In this document: piece by piece, positions 10,014 to 17,424 of the stretch
Layout of the letters: every line of letters starts with the position of its first letter
Numbering within the stretch: position 1 is the stretch's first letter
Virus record (IMG/VR): IMGVR_UViG_3300008266_009503
Span: 9,671-73,670 of that record
Strand: one strand, 5' to 3'
DNA length: 64,000 nt
Origin: a virus
The notes under the pieces: model-generated
What the model was told of the DNA's origin: nothing
Seen by the model: the letters and a program-made list of their open reading frames with translations, nothing else
The model's database searches: none
Program-made: the position numbers and the translations under genes

Positions 10014-10443
10014 ACATACCTATATAATCACAAGCCTCTATAAAATCATTTCCAAAATGTTTCATCGATTTAGGATCTGATTTATATGTAAGGTTTTTAT
10101 ACTTAGGCTGAGTTTTTTCTTCTTCTGTTAAAAATACGGTTTTAATTGCAGACCAGTAAACCTCTTCTGTACTTTTTCCGTTTAAAAAAACAGTTCCTTT
10201 TTCTGTTATGTTAAGACTAATTGGATACCAGATTCTACTCTCTTGATCTTTATACTTAATACCTTTGTAGAGTTCAGGTAAGGTTTCTTCGTAAGCTTCG
10301 AAATTAAACTCACCCTCTTTCATTAGATCATTCGTTTGAAAACCACACCCCCAACAGAAGTAACTATTCTTACTCTCATTGATAGGAGTTATGTAACATC
10401 CATCACATTCACATTTAGGGCATATTGCCAATTGATCAGTCAT
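10003..10443 (-). CDS. Hypothetical protein with N-terminal Zn ribbon
   Basis: CPKC...CWGCG. Confidence 0.65.
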   Translation of the reverse strand: MTDQLAICPKCECDGCYITPINESKNSYFCWGCGFQTNDLMKEGEFNFEAYEETLPELYKGIKYKDQESRIWYPISLNITEKGTVFLNGKSTEEVYWSAIKTVFLTEEEKTQPKYKNLTYKSDPKSMKHFGNDFIEACDYIGMFDK

Positions 10444-10652
10444 TGAGCTGTTATTTTTTAGTTAGTATATTTTTTTAATTCATCTTCCAACCACTCCTCT
10501 TTACTCTTCATTTCAAATAACTGAGCCGCTTTAGCTGCATTTGGAGATAATATTTTAATTAAATCTTCTTTTATTTTACTATAATCTTCTTTAGCCTCAT
10601 TATAGTATTTATCTATATTTTCTAATAACTCTTGTTTAGTCATTGAGCTGTT
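10438..10652. repeat. 15-bp direct repeat (agtcattgagctgtt at 10438-10452 and 10638-10652) bracketing a small ORF
   Basis: Exact copies 200 bp apart, read directly from the sequence. Confidence 0.8.
10458..10643 (-). CDS. Small charged hypothetical protein (likely start MTKQELL)
   Basis: ORF track 10458..10670; the ATG at 10643 overlaps the upstream stop region. Confidence 0.6.
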   Translation of the reverse strand: MTKQELLENIDKYYNEAKEDYSKIKEDLIKILSPNAAKAAQLFEMKSKEEWLEDELKKYTN

Positions 10653-10866
10653 GTTTAGTTGTATAAGCAATATTTGTTCCTGGAGTATAATAAGATACAG
10701 AGGTACTTCCTCCAGTAGTAATCACAGCTGGTCTTACATACCCTGGTGTATCTGATACTCTTTCTAGTTCTTCCTTAATACGGTCCCATTGCTTGGACGT
10801 AAGAGTACTGTAATCACAGGCTTCCATAAAACCTCTTAACCAGTTTGTAAATTCGTTAGAAGTCAT
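10636..10866 (-). CDS. Hypothetical phage protein
   Basis: Tightly packed ORF; F..WL.GF....L...QW..IKE.L pattern. Confidence 0.65.
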   Translation of the reverse strand: MTSNEFTNWLRGFMEACDYSTLTSKQWDRIKEELERVSDTPGYVRPAVITTGGSTSVSYYTPGTNIAYTTKQQLND

Positions 10867-10867
10867 A

Positions 10868-12178
10868 TTACAGTTTTTGTAGTTTGGGTAATTCTATTTT
10901 TTTGAGCTGAGGTAGTTTAACCTCTACTTGCTTAATAACATACCTTTCTAGGTAAGTAGAAAGTAACAGTAACATGTTATCGTAACTAAACTCAGTCTTT
11001 ACTTTATGCCCTTGCTTCTTAGCTCTCACCTCATACTTACTGTAGTTTTCAAAAACATCAACCATAGCTTTAGATGCAATAGTAGGATCTACCGAAAACC
11101 AAGAAGCTTCCTTAAGTATCATGTTGTTGACAGCAGCAGAACTATGTACTGGAGTTATCTCTCCTGGAAGTAATATAGCCATCTCCGGGTCTAGAAAGTC
11201 TATATGTCCAGACCATCCTGAAGCTATAATAGGTTTTTTCGATAATGTAAACTCGGCAAGAGGTCTTCCATATCCTTCTCCTTTAGTCAGAGACACAAAA
11301 GCTTTTACTTTTGGATGATTGTAGAGGTTGTTAATCTCTTGATCTTCTAAATCTCCATGAACAACGTAGATGTTTGGTAGGTTGTCGCTTTTTATAGAAT
11401 TTCTTATAATGTTAATCTTCGTCAGTACATCTTCTCTGTCCATTATACTTGCTCCTGCTTGAGAAATCTTTAGTATGAGAGCAGGTTGCTTCTTTCTATC
11501 TTTAAATGCTTCTAAGAATACCTTAATAAACAATCCCGTATTCTTTCTATCCTCTCCTAATGCTCCTTGTAGCCAATGCCCTACATGCAGAAAGCAAAAA
11601 GATTCTTTTATAGAGTTTAAATCTACGACTAGGGAAGTTTTTGTAAGTTCTTTCCCTGTAATATGGAAGTACTTATTAAGATCAACTCCTTCAAAAAGAA
11701 TTTCGACGGGTTTTTCTAGCTTAATTTTCCTTTTAACAACATTTGTGTTTTTATCTTTCTCTTCAAAAGTGCTAGCTTCAAAAACTTGCTTAGCGTGACG
11801 AGAAGATACTAGGGTAACATTCATTCTATTACAGCCTTCAATCCAAGAAGGATCACATACTGTAGTCTCAATACCGGCTGTAACTCCAATGTTGACTTTA
11901 CCTACTGCTTGAAATTCATTTGGTACTGTAATCTGAAACCAAATATCAGGTTGTCTAGGAAGACGTCCGTCGTATATAAACATCTCTTCCATCCACCCCC
12001 ACTCTTCTTTGTTATTTTCTATAAAGCCCCAAGGAGTTTGACCCCATCTCTGAGGGAGTACTTTTATTTCCCATTCTTCTTGTTTTAGGTCTCGAATAGC
12101 TTTAATAAAGTCTCTTGCTCTTGCTCCATAGCCGCTGTAAGTATCGGGAGGGGCAGATATAACACACAACTGTTTCAT
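10868..12178 (-). CDS. GT4 glycosyltransferase
   Basis: SGYG, RKN, GEGYGRPLAE...KPIIASGWSGH.DF. Confidence 0.85.
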   Translation of the reverse strand: MKQLCVISAPPDTYSGYGARARDFIKAIRDLKQEEWEIKVLPQRWGQTPWGFIENNKEEWGWMEEMFIYDGRLPRQPDIWFQITVPNEFQAVGKVNIGVTAGIETTVCDPSWIEGCNRMNVTLVSSRHAKQVFEASTFEEKDKNTNVVKRKIKLEKPVEILFEGVDLNKYFHITGKELTKTSLVVDLNSIKESFCFLHVGHWLQGALGEDRKNTGLFIKVFLEAFKDRKKQPALILKISQAGASIMDREDVLTKINIIRNSIKSDNLPNIYVVHGDLEDQEINNLYNHPKVKAFVSLTKGEGYGRPLAEFTLSKKPIIASGWSGHIDFLDPEMAILLPGEITPVHSSAAVNNMILKEASWFSVDPTIASKAMVDVFENYSKYEVRAKKQGHKVKTEFSYDNMLLLLSTYLERYVIKQVEVKLPQLKKIELPKLQKL

Positions 12179-12201
12179 ATTATAAATGTAGTTAAGATTA
12201 A

Positions 12202-13653
12202 TTAATAAACCAACGGATGCACCATGGCTTTTCTTCCAAGTTTTTCTACTTTAATGAATTCGTATTCAAACCGCGGTTCCCACTTCTTAAAAGTTTCTTC
12301 AATAGAATCAATAACATTCTCACACATCAACCTGGCAGACATCATAGACTCATCCGAGGTTACCCACTCACGAGCTGCTTTACTAATCTCTGCATAACGT
12401 TCTGGTGTTTCTATTTTAGTTCGGTAAGCTTTTTCAATCTGATCTGCTATTTCTCTAAAGTCTGCTCTATCGTCCCAAATATAAGGGGTAGGTATAGATC
12501 CTACAATACTAGTACTTTTAGGATAGACCGGGAATGCCCACTCTCCATGCTTTTTAGAAGTACCAAAATGATTAGAAGGAAACTTATCATTAAACTTAAT
12601 CCAATCTCCGTTCTCGTCTTCGAACCTCATCTGATCTTGCATACCTCCTGTTACTGTAGCGATAATAGGTTTACCGCACATCATACCTTCTGTTAAAGAT
12701 AATCCCCATCCTTCGTTGGAAGAAACCAGAGCTACTACATCGCCGCAGTTATACATTAAATTCATCTCTTGAGTAGAGTATCTGTAATCCGAAAAAACTA
12801 CTCTCTGGTATTCAGGGTCACAAAAAAGGTCTACTACTACAGGAAGATCTGTTCCATTTTCGTCCCTAGGTTGAGTGTGTAGTAATAGAGCACATTTCTT
12901 TGCTGCTTCCTTACCTATGCTGTCACAAAACAAAGCATAAGCGGCAACCAAGTCGGAAGTACTCTTACGCCTAATATTTCTTGCATTGTACGTAACAACA
13001 AACTCGGGTTGATTATCTCCGAAGTATTTTTGTCTCATCTCCTGCAACTTACTATAATCTTCAGTCTTATCAGGAGTGATAGGGTAGAACATATTTTCGT
13101 TAATCCCATGAGGTACATACTTAATGATCTTTCCCTTAGCTTTATCTCCTAATACCATCCTGTTAATATTTTCAGTCTGTTTAGAGATAGCCATTAGGGT
13201 ATCACAGGATTCATAGTATACTTTGTTGTAAAGCGGTGCAGGAAGATCATCCCAGATGTTTAAATAGATCATAGGGATTTTTCTCCTAACTTCATTTTCC
13301 ATTTGAAATAACCATATCCAATACCTTGGATCAGTAAAGAATATAATCGCGTCAGGTTTTTCAATGTGTAAAAATTGACGAAGTAGTTCCTGAGAACCGT
13401 ACCCAGACGAAGGGTAAATGTATACAGAAGCATCAGGAATGCCTGCAATGTTGCTGGTATCTTGTGATACGTCTAACTTTTTACCTACCTCTGGATGATT
13501 AATTGCAGCACCTAAATTAACCCAGTTGTACTTGTGTGCAGTACCTATGACAATCTCTTTAGCCATAGTCGAGATACCGGAAGTAAATCTAATATCATCG
13601 CATAGAAAAAGAATCTTCTTTCTCTGTTCTCTTGGAATGTAACCTTTTTTCAT
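12202..13653 (-). CDS. GT4 glycosyltransferase
   Basis: VPHG, RNIRRK, NEGWGLSLTEGMMCGKPII...TGG. Confidence 0.88.
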   Translation of the reverse strand: MKKGYIPREQRKKILFLCDDIRFTSGISTMAKEIVIGTAHKYNWVNLGAAINHPEVGKKLDVSQDTSNIAGIPDASVYIYPSSGYGSQELLRQFLHIEKPDAIIFFTDPRYWIWLFQMENEVRRKIPMIYLNIWDDLPAPLYNKVYYESCDTLMAISKQTENINRMVLGDKAKGKIIKYVPHGINENMFYPITPDKTEDYSKLQEMRQKYFGDNQPEFVVTYNARNIRRKSTSDLVAAYALFCDSIGKEAAKKCALLLHTQPRDENGTDLPVVVDLFCDPEYQRVVFSDYRYSTQEMNLMYNCGDVVALVSSNEGWGLSLTEGMMCGKPIIATVTGGMQDQMRFEDENGDWIKFNDKFPSNHFGTSKKHGEWAFPVYPKSTSIVGSIPTPYIWDDRADFREIADQIEKAYRTKIETPERYAEISKAAREWVTSDESMMSARLMCENVIDSIEETFKKWEPRFEYEFIKVEKLGRKAMVHPLVY

Positions 13654-13658
13654 GTAAC

Positions 13659-13865
13659 TTATTCTGATGGTTTTATGTAGCGAGCGTTTAATTGATTGTT
13701 AATCTTCTTTCTAAATTCTTCCTCTGTTAGGTATAAGAACATTGCTCTCTCTAACAGATTTCTCATAGTAATTTTATTCTTTACAGCTTCAGCTTTAAAA
13801 TTCTCGAATAACTCATCCTGAAGTCTTACTGTTGTGAGTATATCCCCTTTTTTTCCAATGTGCAT
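13659..13865 (-). CDS. Small ribbon-helix-helix-like DNA-binding protein
   Basis: TTVRL..ELFE.FK..A......R.L.ERA beta-alpha-alpha pattern. Confidence 0.5.
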   Translation of the reverse strand: MHIGKKGDILTTVRLQDELFENFKAEAVKNKITMRNLLERAMFLYLTEEEFRKKINNQLNARYIKPSE

Positions 13866-13915
13866 AGTTTTCTATTTTATAATAAATAGATAGTACTATA
13901 TATAGAATTATATAT

Positions 13916-14785
13916 CTAGTTATTTTTTTTATCACAGAGATTAGGTTTATCGTTGTATGGACAAAACTTACATTTTTTAGGGTCTTTAGGATACTCTTTT
14001 TCCCGGTAGTCTCCTTCCGGTGTGAATGCCTCTACAACAAACTTCTGAATATCTTCAAAAGCGTCTTTTACTTTCTTAGTTCCGTTTGCAGGTATAAACT
14101 CTTGAACTCTCTTAGGTGCAAATTCTAAATTCTCATTGATTTTCCTACGTACTATGAAAAATTGAACGTCTATCTTATCTTCCGGGATTCCCTTTAAATT
14201 TGAAAAGAATCTCTTGTATAAGAGTATTTGATTCACCTTTACCTGGTCTTTCTTTTCGTAATCAGACCAGCCTCTAGTAGAAGTTTTAATATCGTAGACT
14301 GTATACTTATCTAGAATTTTATCATAGGTTATTAAATCAATAAAACCTTTCATAGTGACTCCAGGAACACTCTCTACGATAGGTCCGTTAATAGGAATCT
14401 CTATACCAATAAGCTCAGTATTCTTTTTACTAAAGAACAAATTCCTCTTCTTCTTAAAAAAATCTAAGATAGATACTGCATCCTCGTAAAACTCTGAAAG
14501 TTCTTCTGGAGTAGAGAAATGGTCTGGTTGACAGTTTTCTCTGTAAAGCTCTATAAACTTTGTTTTAAAGTAAGTCGGAAGGTGTATCTTATCTGCTGCA
14601 GTGGCGGATTCCTCATACATAACTTTCAGGTAGTTCTGCAGGGTCTCATGAAAAGCAGTACCGAATATTAAATGTATACTAGGTTTAAACGGCTGAAGCT
14701 TTTTAACGTAGTCAAGATACCACCGGTAGTTACACTGTTTGTAAATAGAGTATTGTGAAAATGAAACTGTCTTACCTTTGACCAT
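13916..14785 (-). CDS. PD-(D/E)XK RecB/Cas4-like exonuclease
   Basis: SFSQ....QC, FGTAFH, GFIDL, YDIKT, Q..LY, C-terminal CKFCPY...C. Confidence 0.85.
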   Translation of the reverse strand: MVKGKTVSFSQYSIYKQCNYRWYLDYVKKLQPFKPSIHLIFGTAFHETLQNYLKVMYEESATAADKIHLPTYFKTKFIELYRENCQPDHFSTPEELSEFYEDAVSILDFFKKKRNLFFSKKNTELIGIEIPINGPIVESVPGVTMKGFIDLITYDKILDKYTVYDIKTSTRGWSDYEKKDQVKVNQILLYKRFFSNLKGIPEDKIDVQFFIVRRKINENLEFAPKRVQEFIPANGTKKVKDAFEDIQKFVVEAFTPEGDYREKEYPKDPKKCKFCPYNDKPNLCDKKNN

Positions 14786-15167
14786 ACAACTCTCTTATTT
14801 TTACTCCTAGTTCTAAATCATTAGAATACTGTTTAGTTAAATCTTGAACTGTATTGAGAGTTGTGATTTCTTTTTTTAAATACTGAGCTAGGTCAAGAGC
14901 TTCTTCGTAGGCATGCTGTAGCATATTCTGATGATTATTTTCTGCTAGAGTTGTATTATATTTTTCTACACCTCTTTTTGCTCTAGAAGTTAAGTCCTTC
15001 ATTACTTCCCAAGTAATATCGTCTTTGGGTCTATCTATTTTATCATTCACCTGGTAAAAATTTACGTCTATAAAAGTTTCTTCGCTTTCTTTTTCAGCAC
15101 ACTTCCAACACCATCCCTCCTCGTCTGTAGCCCACGGATGCCAAATACACTTATCTACTAAGTTCAT
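14772..15167 (-). CDS. Putative all-alpha (MazG-like) nucleotide pyrophosphohydrolase with N-terminal Cys/His segment
   Basis: R...G.EKY.TTL......LQHAYEEALD.AQYL (EExxD). Confidence 0.5.
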   Translation of the reverse strand: MNLVDKCIWHPWATDEEGWCWKCAEKESEETFIDVNFYQVNDKIDRPKDDITWEVMKDLTSRAKRGVEKYNTTLAENNHQNMLQHAYEEALDLAQYLKKEITTLNTVQDLTKQYSNDLELGVKIRELYGQR

Positions 15168-15386
15168 TTATTGCAAATCTTTTGGTAAAAATTCTACGTT
15201 TACATGTCCGCATTTACTACAAGAAAAACTCGGGACAGGAATCAAAGCATCTTGATCAGTTCCTGTAATAAACTTACTTACTTTGCGGAGAAACGTGACT
15301 TGTATAAAACTCTCGTTGCTACATTCTTCGCAAACGATAGGAGTAGTCTTATCTAATGAAATGTTGAGGTTAAAATTTTGTGACAT
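15168..15386 (-). CDS. Zn-ribbon protein
   Basis: CEEC...CSKCGH. Confidence 0.7.
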   Translation of the reverse strand: MSQNFNLNISLDKTTPIVCEECSNESFIQVTFLRKVSKFITGTDQDALIPVPSFSCSKCGHVNVEFLPKDLQ

Positions 15387-15460
15387 AGTATTTTATTTAT
15401 AATTGAATATTAAAAAGAAAAAAGCAACCTACCAACTTTTAGCTTGACTTTTGAATTTAA

Positions 15461-15485
15461 TAATCAAGACAGAATTCGAACCTAT
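15461..15485 (-). pseudogene. Decayed 3' half (T-arm plus acceptor strand) of the tRNA-like family
   Basis: taatcaagacagaattcgaacctat versus tagtcaggacaggattcgaacctgt at 22606; differences are G>A only. Confidence 0.6.
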
Positions 15486-15494
15486 ACGTAGTAG

Positions 15495-15683
15495 TTATTG
15501 CTTAATATAGACTAACTTACCGCCTCTAGGATTATTGTAGTAGTATCCGTTCGATGTTTTTATAGGTCTAATATAATCTTCCTCTTTGGATAACTCTACC
15601 AGTCCATTATTCACTACGGGTTTAGTACTTACACATCCTGATAGGAGTAATAAGAGCAGTGCAACTTTCCAAACTAAGTTCAT
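15495..15683 (-). CDS. Small lipoprotein (start MNLVWK; the longer track start overlaps the tRNA)
   Basis: Hydrophobic signal peptide with lipobox LSGC. Confidence 0.65.
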   Translation of the reverse strand: MNLVWKVALLLLLLSGCVSTKPVVNNGLVELSKEEDYIRPIKTSNGYYYNNPRGGKLVYIKQ

Positions 15684-15704
15684 ATGGATTTCTATTAACG
15701 TATG

Positions 15705-15786
15705 TGCCCTGAGTCGGACTCGAACCGACATGCCTTGCGGCGCTAGATCCTAAGTCTAGTCTGTCTACCAATTTCAGCATCGGGGC
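15705..15786 (-). tRNA. tRNA-Leu(TAG), CCA not encoded
   Basis: GCCCCGA/TCAGGGC acceptor (one mismatch), CTAGA-CTTAGGA-TCTAG anticodon arm, long variable arm, GTCGG-TTCGAGT-CCGAC T-arm. Confidence 0.92.
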
Positions 15787-15907
15787 TGGTCGGGTCTCTC
15801 CCCGTGGTCACTTTCTGAGTTTCATTACCGGCGGTCGCACTGTACCTAGCCTAGACAAGCTGTACAGATTCTCCATTTAGGGCCCTCTTTAAGTTACTTT
15901 CCCCTCG
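15787..15907 (-). ncRNA. Structured intergenic RNA candidate A
   Basis: GC-richer than its flanks; CTGTAC/GTACAG plus AGCTT/AGGCT hairpin; ends in TGAC..CGGG-GAGAGA-CCCG just before tRNA-Leu. Confidence 0.4.
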
Positions 15908-15985
15908 CAGTCAGGACAGGATTCGAACCTGTGACGTACCACCACGGAATGAAAATAATGTACAAAAACGTTCCGCCACCCGACT
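15908..15985 (-). ncRNA. tRNA-like element 1 (no recognisable anticodon arm)
   Basis: AGTCGGG/CCTGACT acceptor; ACAGG-TTCGAAT-CCTGT T-arm; the middle does not form a cloverleaf. Confidence 0.75.
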
Positions 15986-16112
15986 ATAGAGTGGGTCTAT
16001 TCCCCACAGTCAGAAGAACTTGATACTTACCTACGCACCGTGAGGTATTCTTCGTGTTCGTTCGCATTGCCTTAGCAGTGTCTAGTATGCCTTCGGTTGC
16101 CGTGCGTGTTAA
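15986..16112 (-). ncRNA. Structured intergenic RNA candidate B (possible pseudoknot)
   Basis: GAAGAA/TTCTTC and TACCT/AGGTA stems; loop GTGCGT is complementary to upstream ACGCAC; ends in TGAC.GTGGG-GAATAGA-CCCAC. Confidence 0.45.
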
Positions 16113-16118
16113 AGTTTC

Positions 16119-16394
16119 TTATTTTCCATGAATTAAAAGTGATAAATAGATTCCTATAAGGGATCCTACTAATCCACCTAAGGCGTAACCAAACCAGAGA
16201 TGCCAAGAGTCTTCAGACTTAGCTATCTTCTTAATAATAAAGAAGCTAAAAGAAGCCAAAACAAAATCTGATATTCCACTCCAAAAGTAACTTGCTTGCG
16301 CAACTGCTCTATAGTTAACAACTATTAATCCGTAATTAATGACTTGAGTAAAAAACAATAGGCTCATGTCTTTAAAATCTTTCCATGTTTTCAT
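16119..16394 (-). CDS. Small membrane protein (3 TM)
   Basis: Three hydrophobic segments; GYALGG..G...G. Confidence 0.7.
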   Translation of the reverse strand: MKTWKDFKDMSLLFFTQVINYGLIVVNYRAVAQASYFWSGISDFVLASFSFFIIKKIAKSEDSWHLWFGYALGGLVGSLIGIYLSLLIHGK

Positions 16395-16408
16395 ATAAAA
16401 ATCATTTG

Positions 16409-16479
16409 TAGTCAGGGCAGGATTCGAACCTACAACGGAAACTATCGCAACCGCTTTTCCAAGTTTAAGCTACCTGACT
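16409..16479 (-). ncRNA. tRNA-like element 2 (shortened, unpaired anticodon region)
   Basis: AGTCAGG/CCTGACT acceptor; GCTT/AAGC D-stem; GTAGG-TTCGAAT-CCTGC T-arm; only 19 nt between the D- and T-arms. Confidence 0.75.
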
Positions 16480-16483
16480 ATTT

Positions 16484-16582
16484 AGGAAAGCAGAAGATGG
16501 GTGAGTGGACATCTGCTTTTATGATTGGCGTTTCTAACCGAGTTTCCAATCAACCTTTTAGACTTCACTGTGTTCAGAAGTT
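16484..16582 (-). ncRNA. Structured intergenic RNA candidate C (three hairpins)
   Basis: ACTTC/GAAGT, TGATTGG/CCAATCA and AAAGCAGA/TCTGCTTT stems in tandem. Confidence 0.45.
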
Positions 16583-16918
16583 TAGTTACTGTTCTATGAC
16601 TAGTTTTTATTTTTTATTAATTAACCTGTTTTCTAACTTGTCTAATCTAGAATCTAATTGACCGAATATTTCTTTTTCAAATAAATCTACCCTCCGGTGA
16701 ATTTGTGTATTCTCTTCGGCTATACTTTGATAAATTTGATTGATGGCTGTATTAAGGTATCTTTGAATTTCATCTAATTCATTTTTTACTTTGATTACCT
16801 TAACGAAAGCATAAGTTGCAACTACAGTTAAAGCTATAACCACAATAAATGCTATCCCTAAAATAAATGATAGTGTTTCCATAATTTATTTCTCCTTTAT
16901 GTCAAAGAACAGTAACTA
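16583..16918. repeat. 18-bp inverted repeat (17/18) at 16583-16600 and 16901-16918 enclosing ORF 16607-16882
   Basis: tagttactgttctatgac ... gtcaaagaacagtaacta. Confidence 0.85.
16607..16882 (-). CDS. Membrane-anchored coiled-coil protein
   Basis: N-terminal TM; heptads ending LDSRLDKLE; AAGGAG upstream. Confidence 0.75.
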   Translation of the reverse strand: METLSFILGIAFIVVIALTVVATYAFVKVIKVKNELDEIQRYLNTAINQIYQSIAEENTQIHRRVDLFEKEIFGQLDSRLDKLENRLINKK

Positions 16919-16920
16919 GG

Positions 16921-17076
16921 CTGTCAGGGAAGGATTCGAACCTCCATGCTGTGATTCGGTAGTAGACAAAATAGCCGGCTTTGTGGTCAACCCATATCCA
17001 GTTACCTATCTCAAATTCAGCGCCCACGAGACGAGTGGGTGTGTATGCCGTGGATATATCCTTTCACCACCTGACA
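16921..17076 (-). ncRNA. tRNA-like element 3: 156-nt enlarged tRNA-Asp(GTC)-like RNA
   Basis: TGTCAGG/CCTGACA plus G73; D-region with inserted GGATATATCC hairpin; CCCAC-TCGTCTC-GTGGG arm; about 75-nt variable region closed by GCTG/CAGC; GGAGG-TTCGAAT-CCTTC T-arm. Confidence 0.75.
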
Positions 17077-17081
17077 ATTAA

Positions 17082-17309
17082 TTAAAATATGTCGTTATTC
17101 CTTCTCTTAGCTTCTTCGGCTTCTTTGTAGATACGAATCCAAATAAGAGTAATGTCGACAATAGCGAGTACGGGTGCAAAGACTATAATAGCAAGAGTTT
17201 CTAATCCCGGTGTAGTACCAGTGACGCCGTCCATAGAAGTACGTTTATAACTCTTAAAGACTCTCCAAAGACAGTACGTAACACTTACAAGATAGATATA
17301 AAAAAACAT
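17082..17309 (-). CDS. Small membrane protein
   Basis: Two hydrophobic segments; starts about 15 nt after tRNA-Leu(TAA). Confidence 0.65.
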   Translation of the reverse strand: MFFYIYLVSVTYCLWRVFKSYKRTSMDGVTGTTPGLETLAIIVFAPVLAIVDITLIWIRIYKEAEEAKRRNNDIF

Positions 17310-17323
17310 AATTTAAACTTTAG

Positions 17324-17409
17324 TACCGGGAGCGGGACTCGAACCCGCACGGGCTTTTTCTGCCCAAAGGATTTTAAGTCCTCCTCGGCTACCTTTACGA
17401 CACCCCGGC
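17324..17409 (-). tRNA. tRNA-Leu(TAA), CCA not encoded
   Basis: GCCGGGG/TCCCGGT acceptor; AGGA-CTTAAAA-TCCT; variable arm GGGC..GCCC; GCGGG-TTCGAGT-CCCGC T-arm. Confidence 0.93.
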
Positions 17410-17424
17410 ATTGATTATAAAATG

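Noticed and set aside
1-13653. Bacterial O-antigen locus or host contamination
   Set aside because: Same strand, packing and promoter motifs as the phage genes, interleaved phage-type ORFs, and no wzx/wzy or transporter genes.
15684-15731. N-terminal extension of ORF 15495..15731
   Set aside because: It overlaps tRNA-Leu; the ATG at 15683 gives a clean lipoprotein signal.
15787-16112. tRNA-associated HDV-like or hammerhead ribozymes in the spacers
   Set aside because: I could not fit the nested double pseudoknot or the CUGAnGA/GAAA cores by eye; kept only as unassigned structured RNAs.
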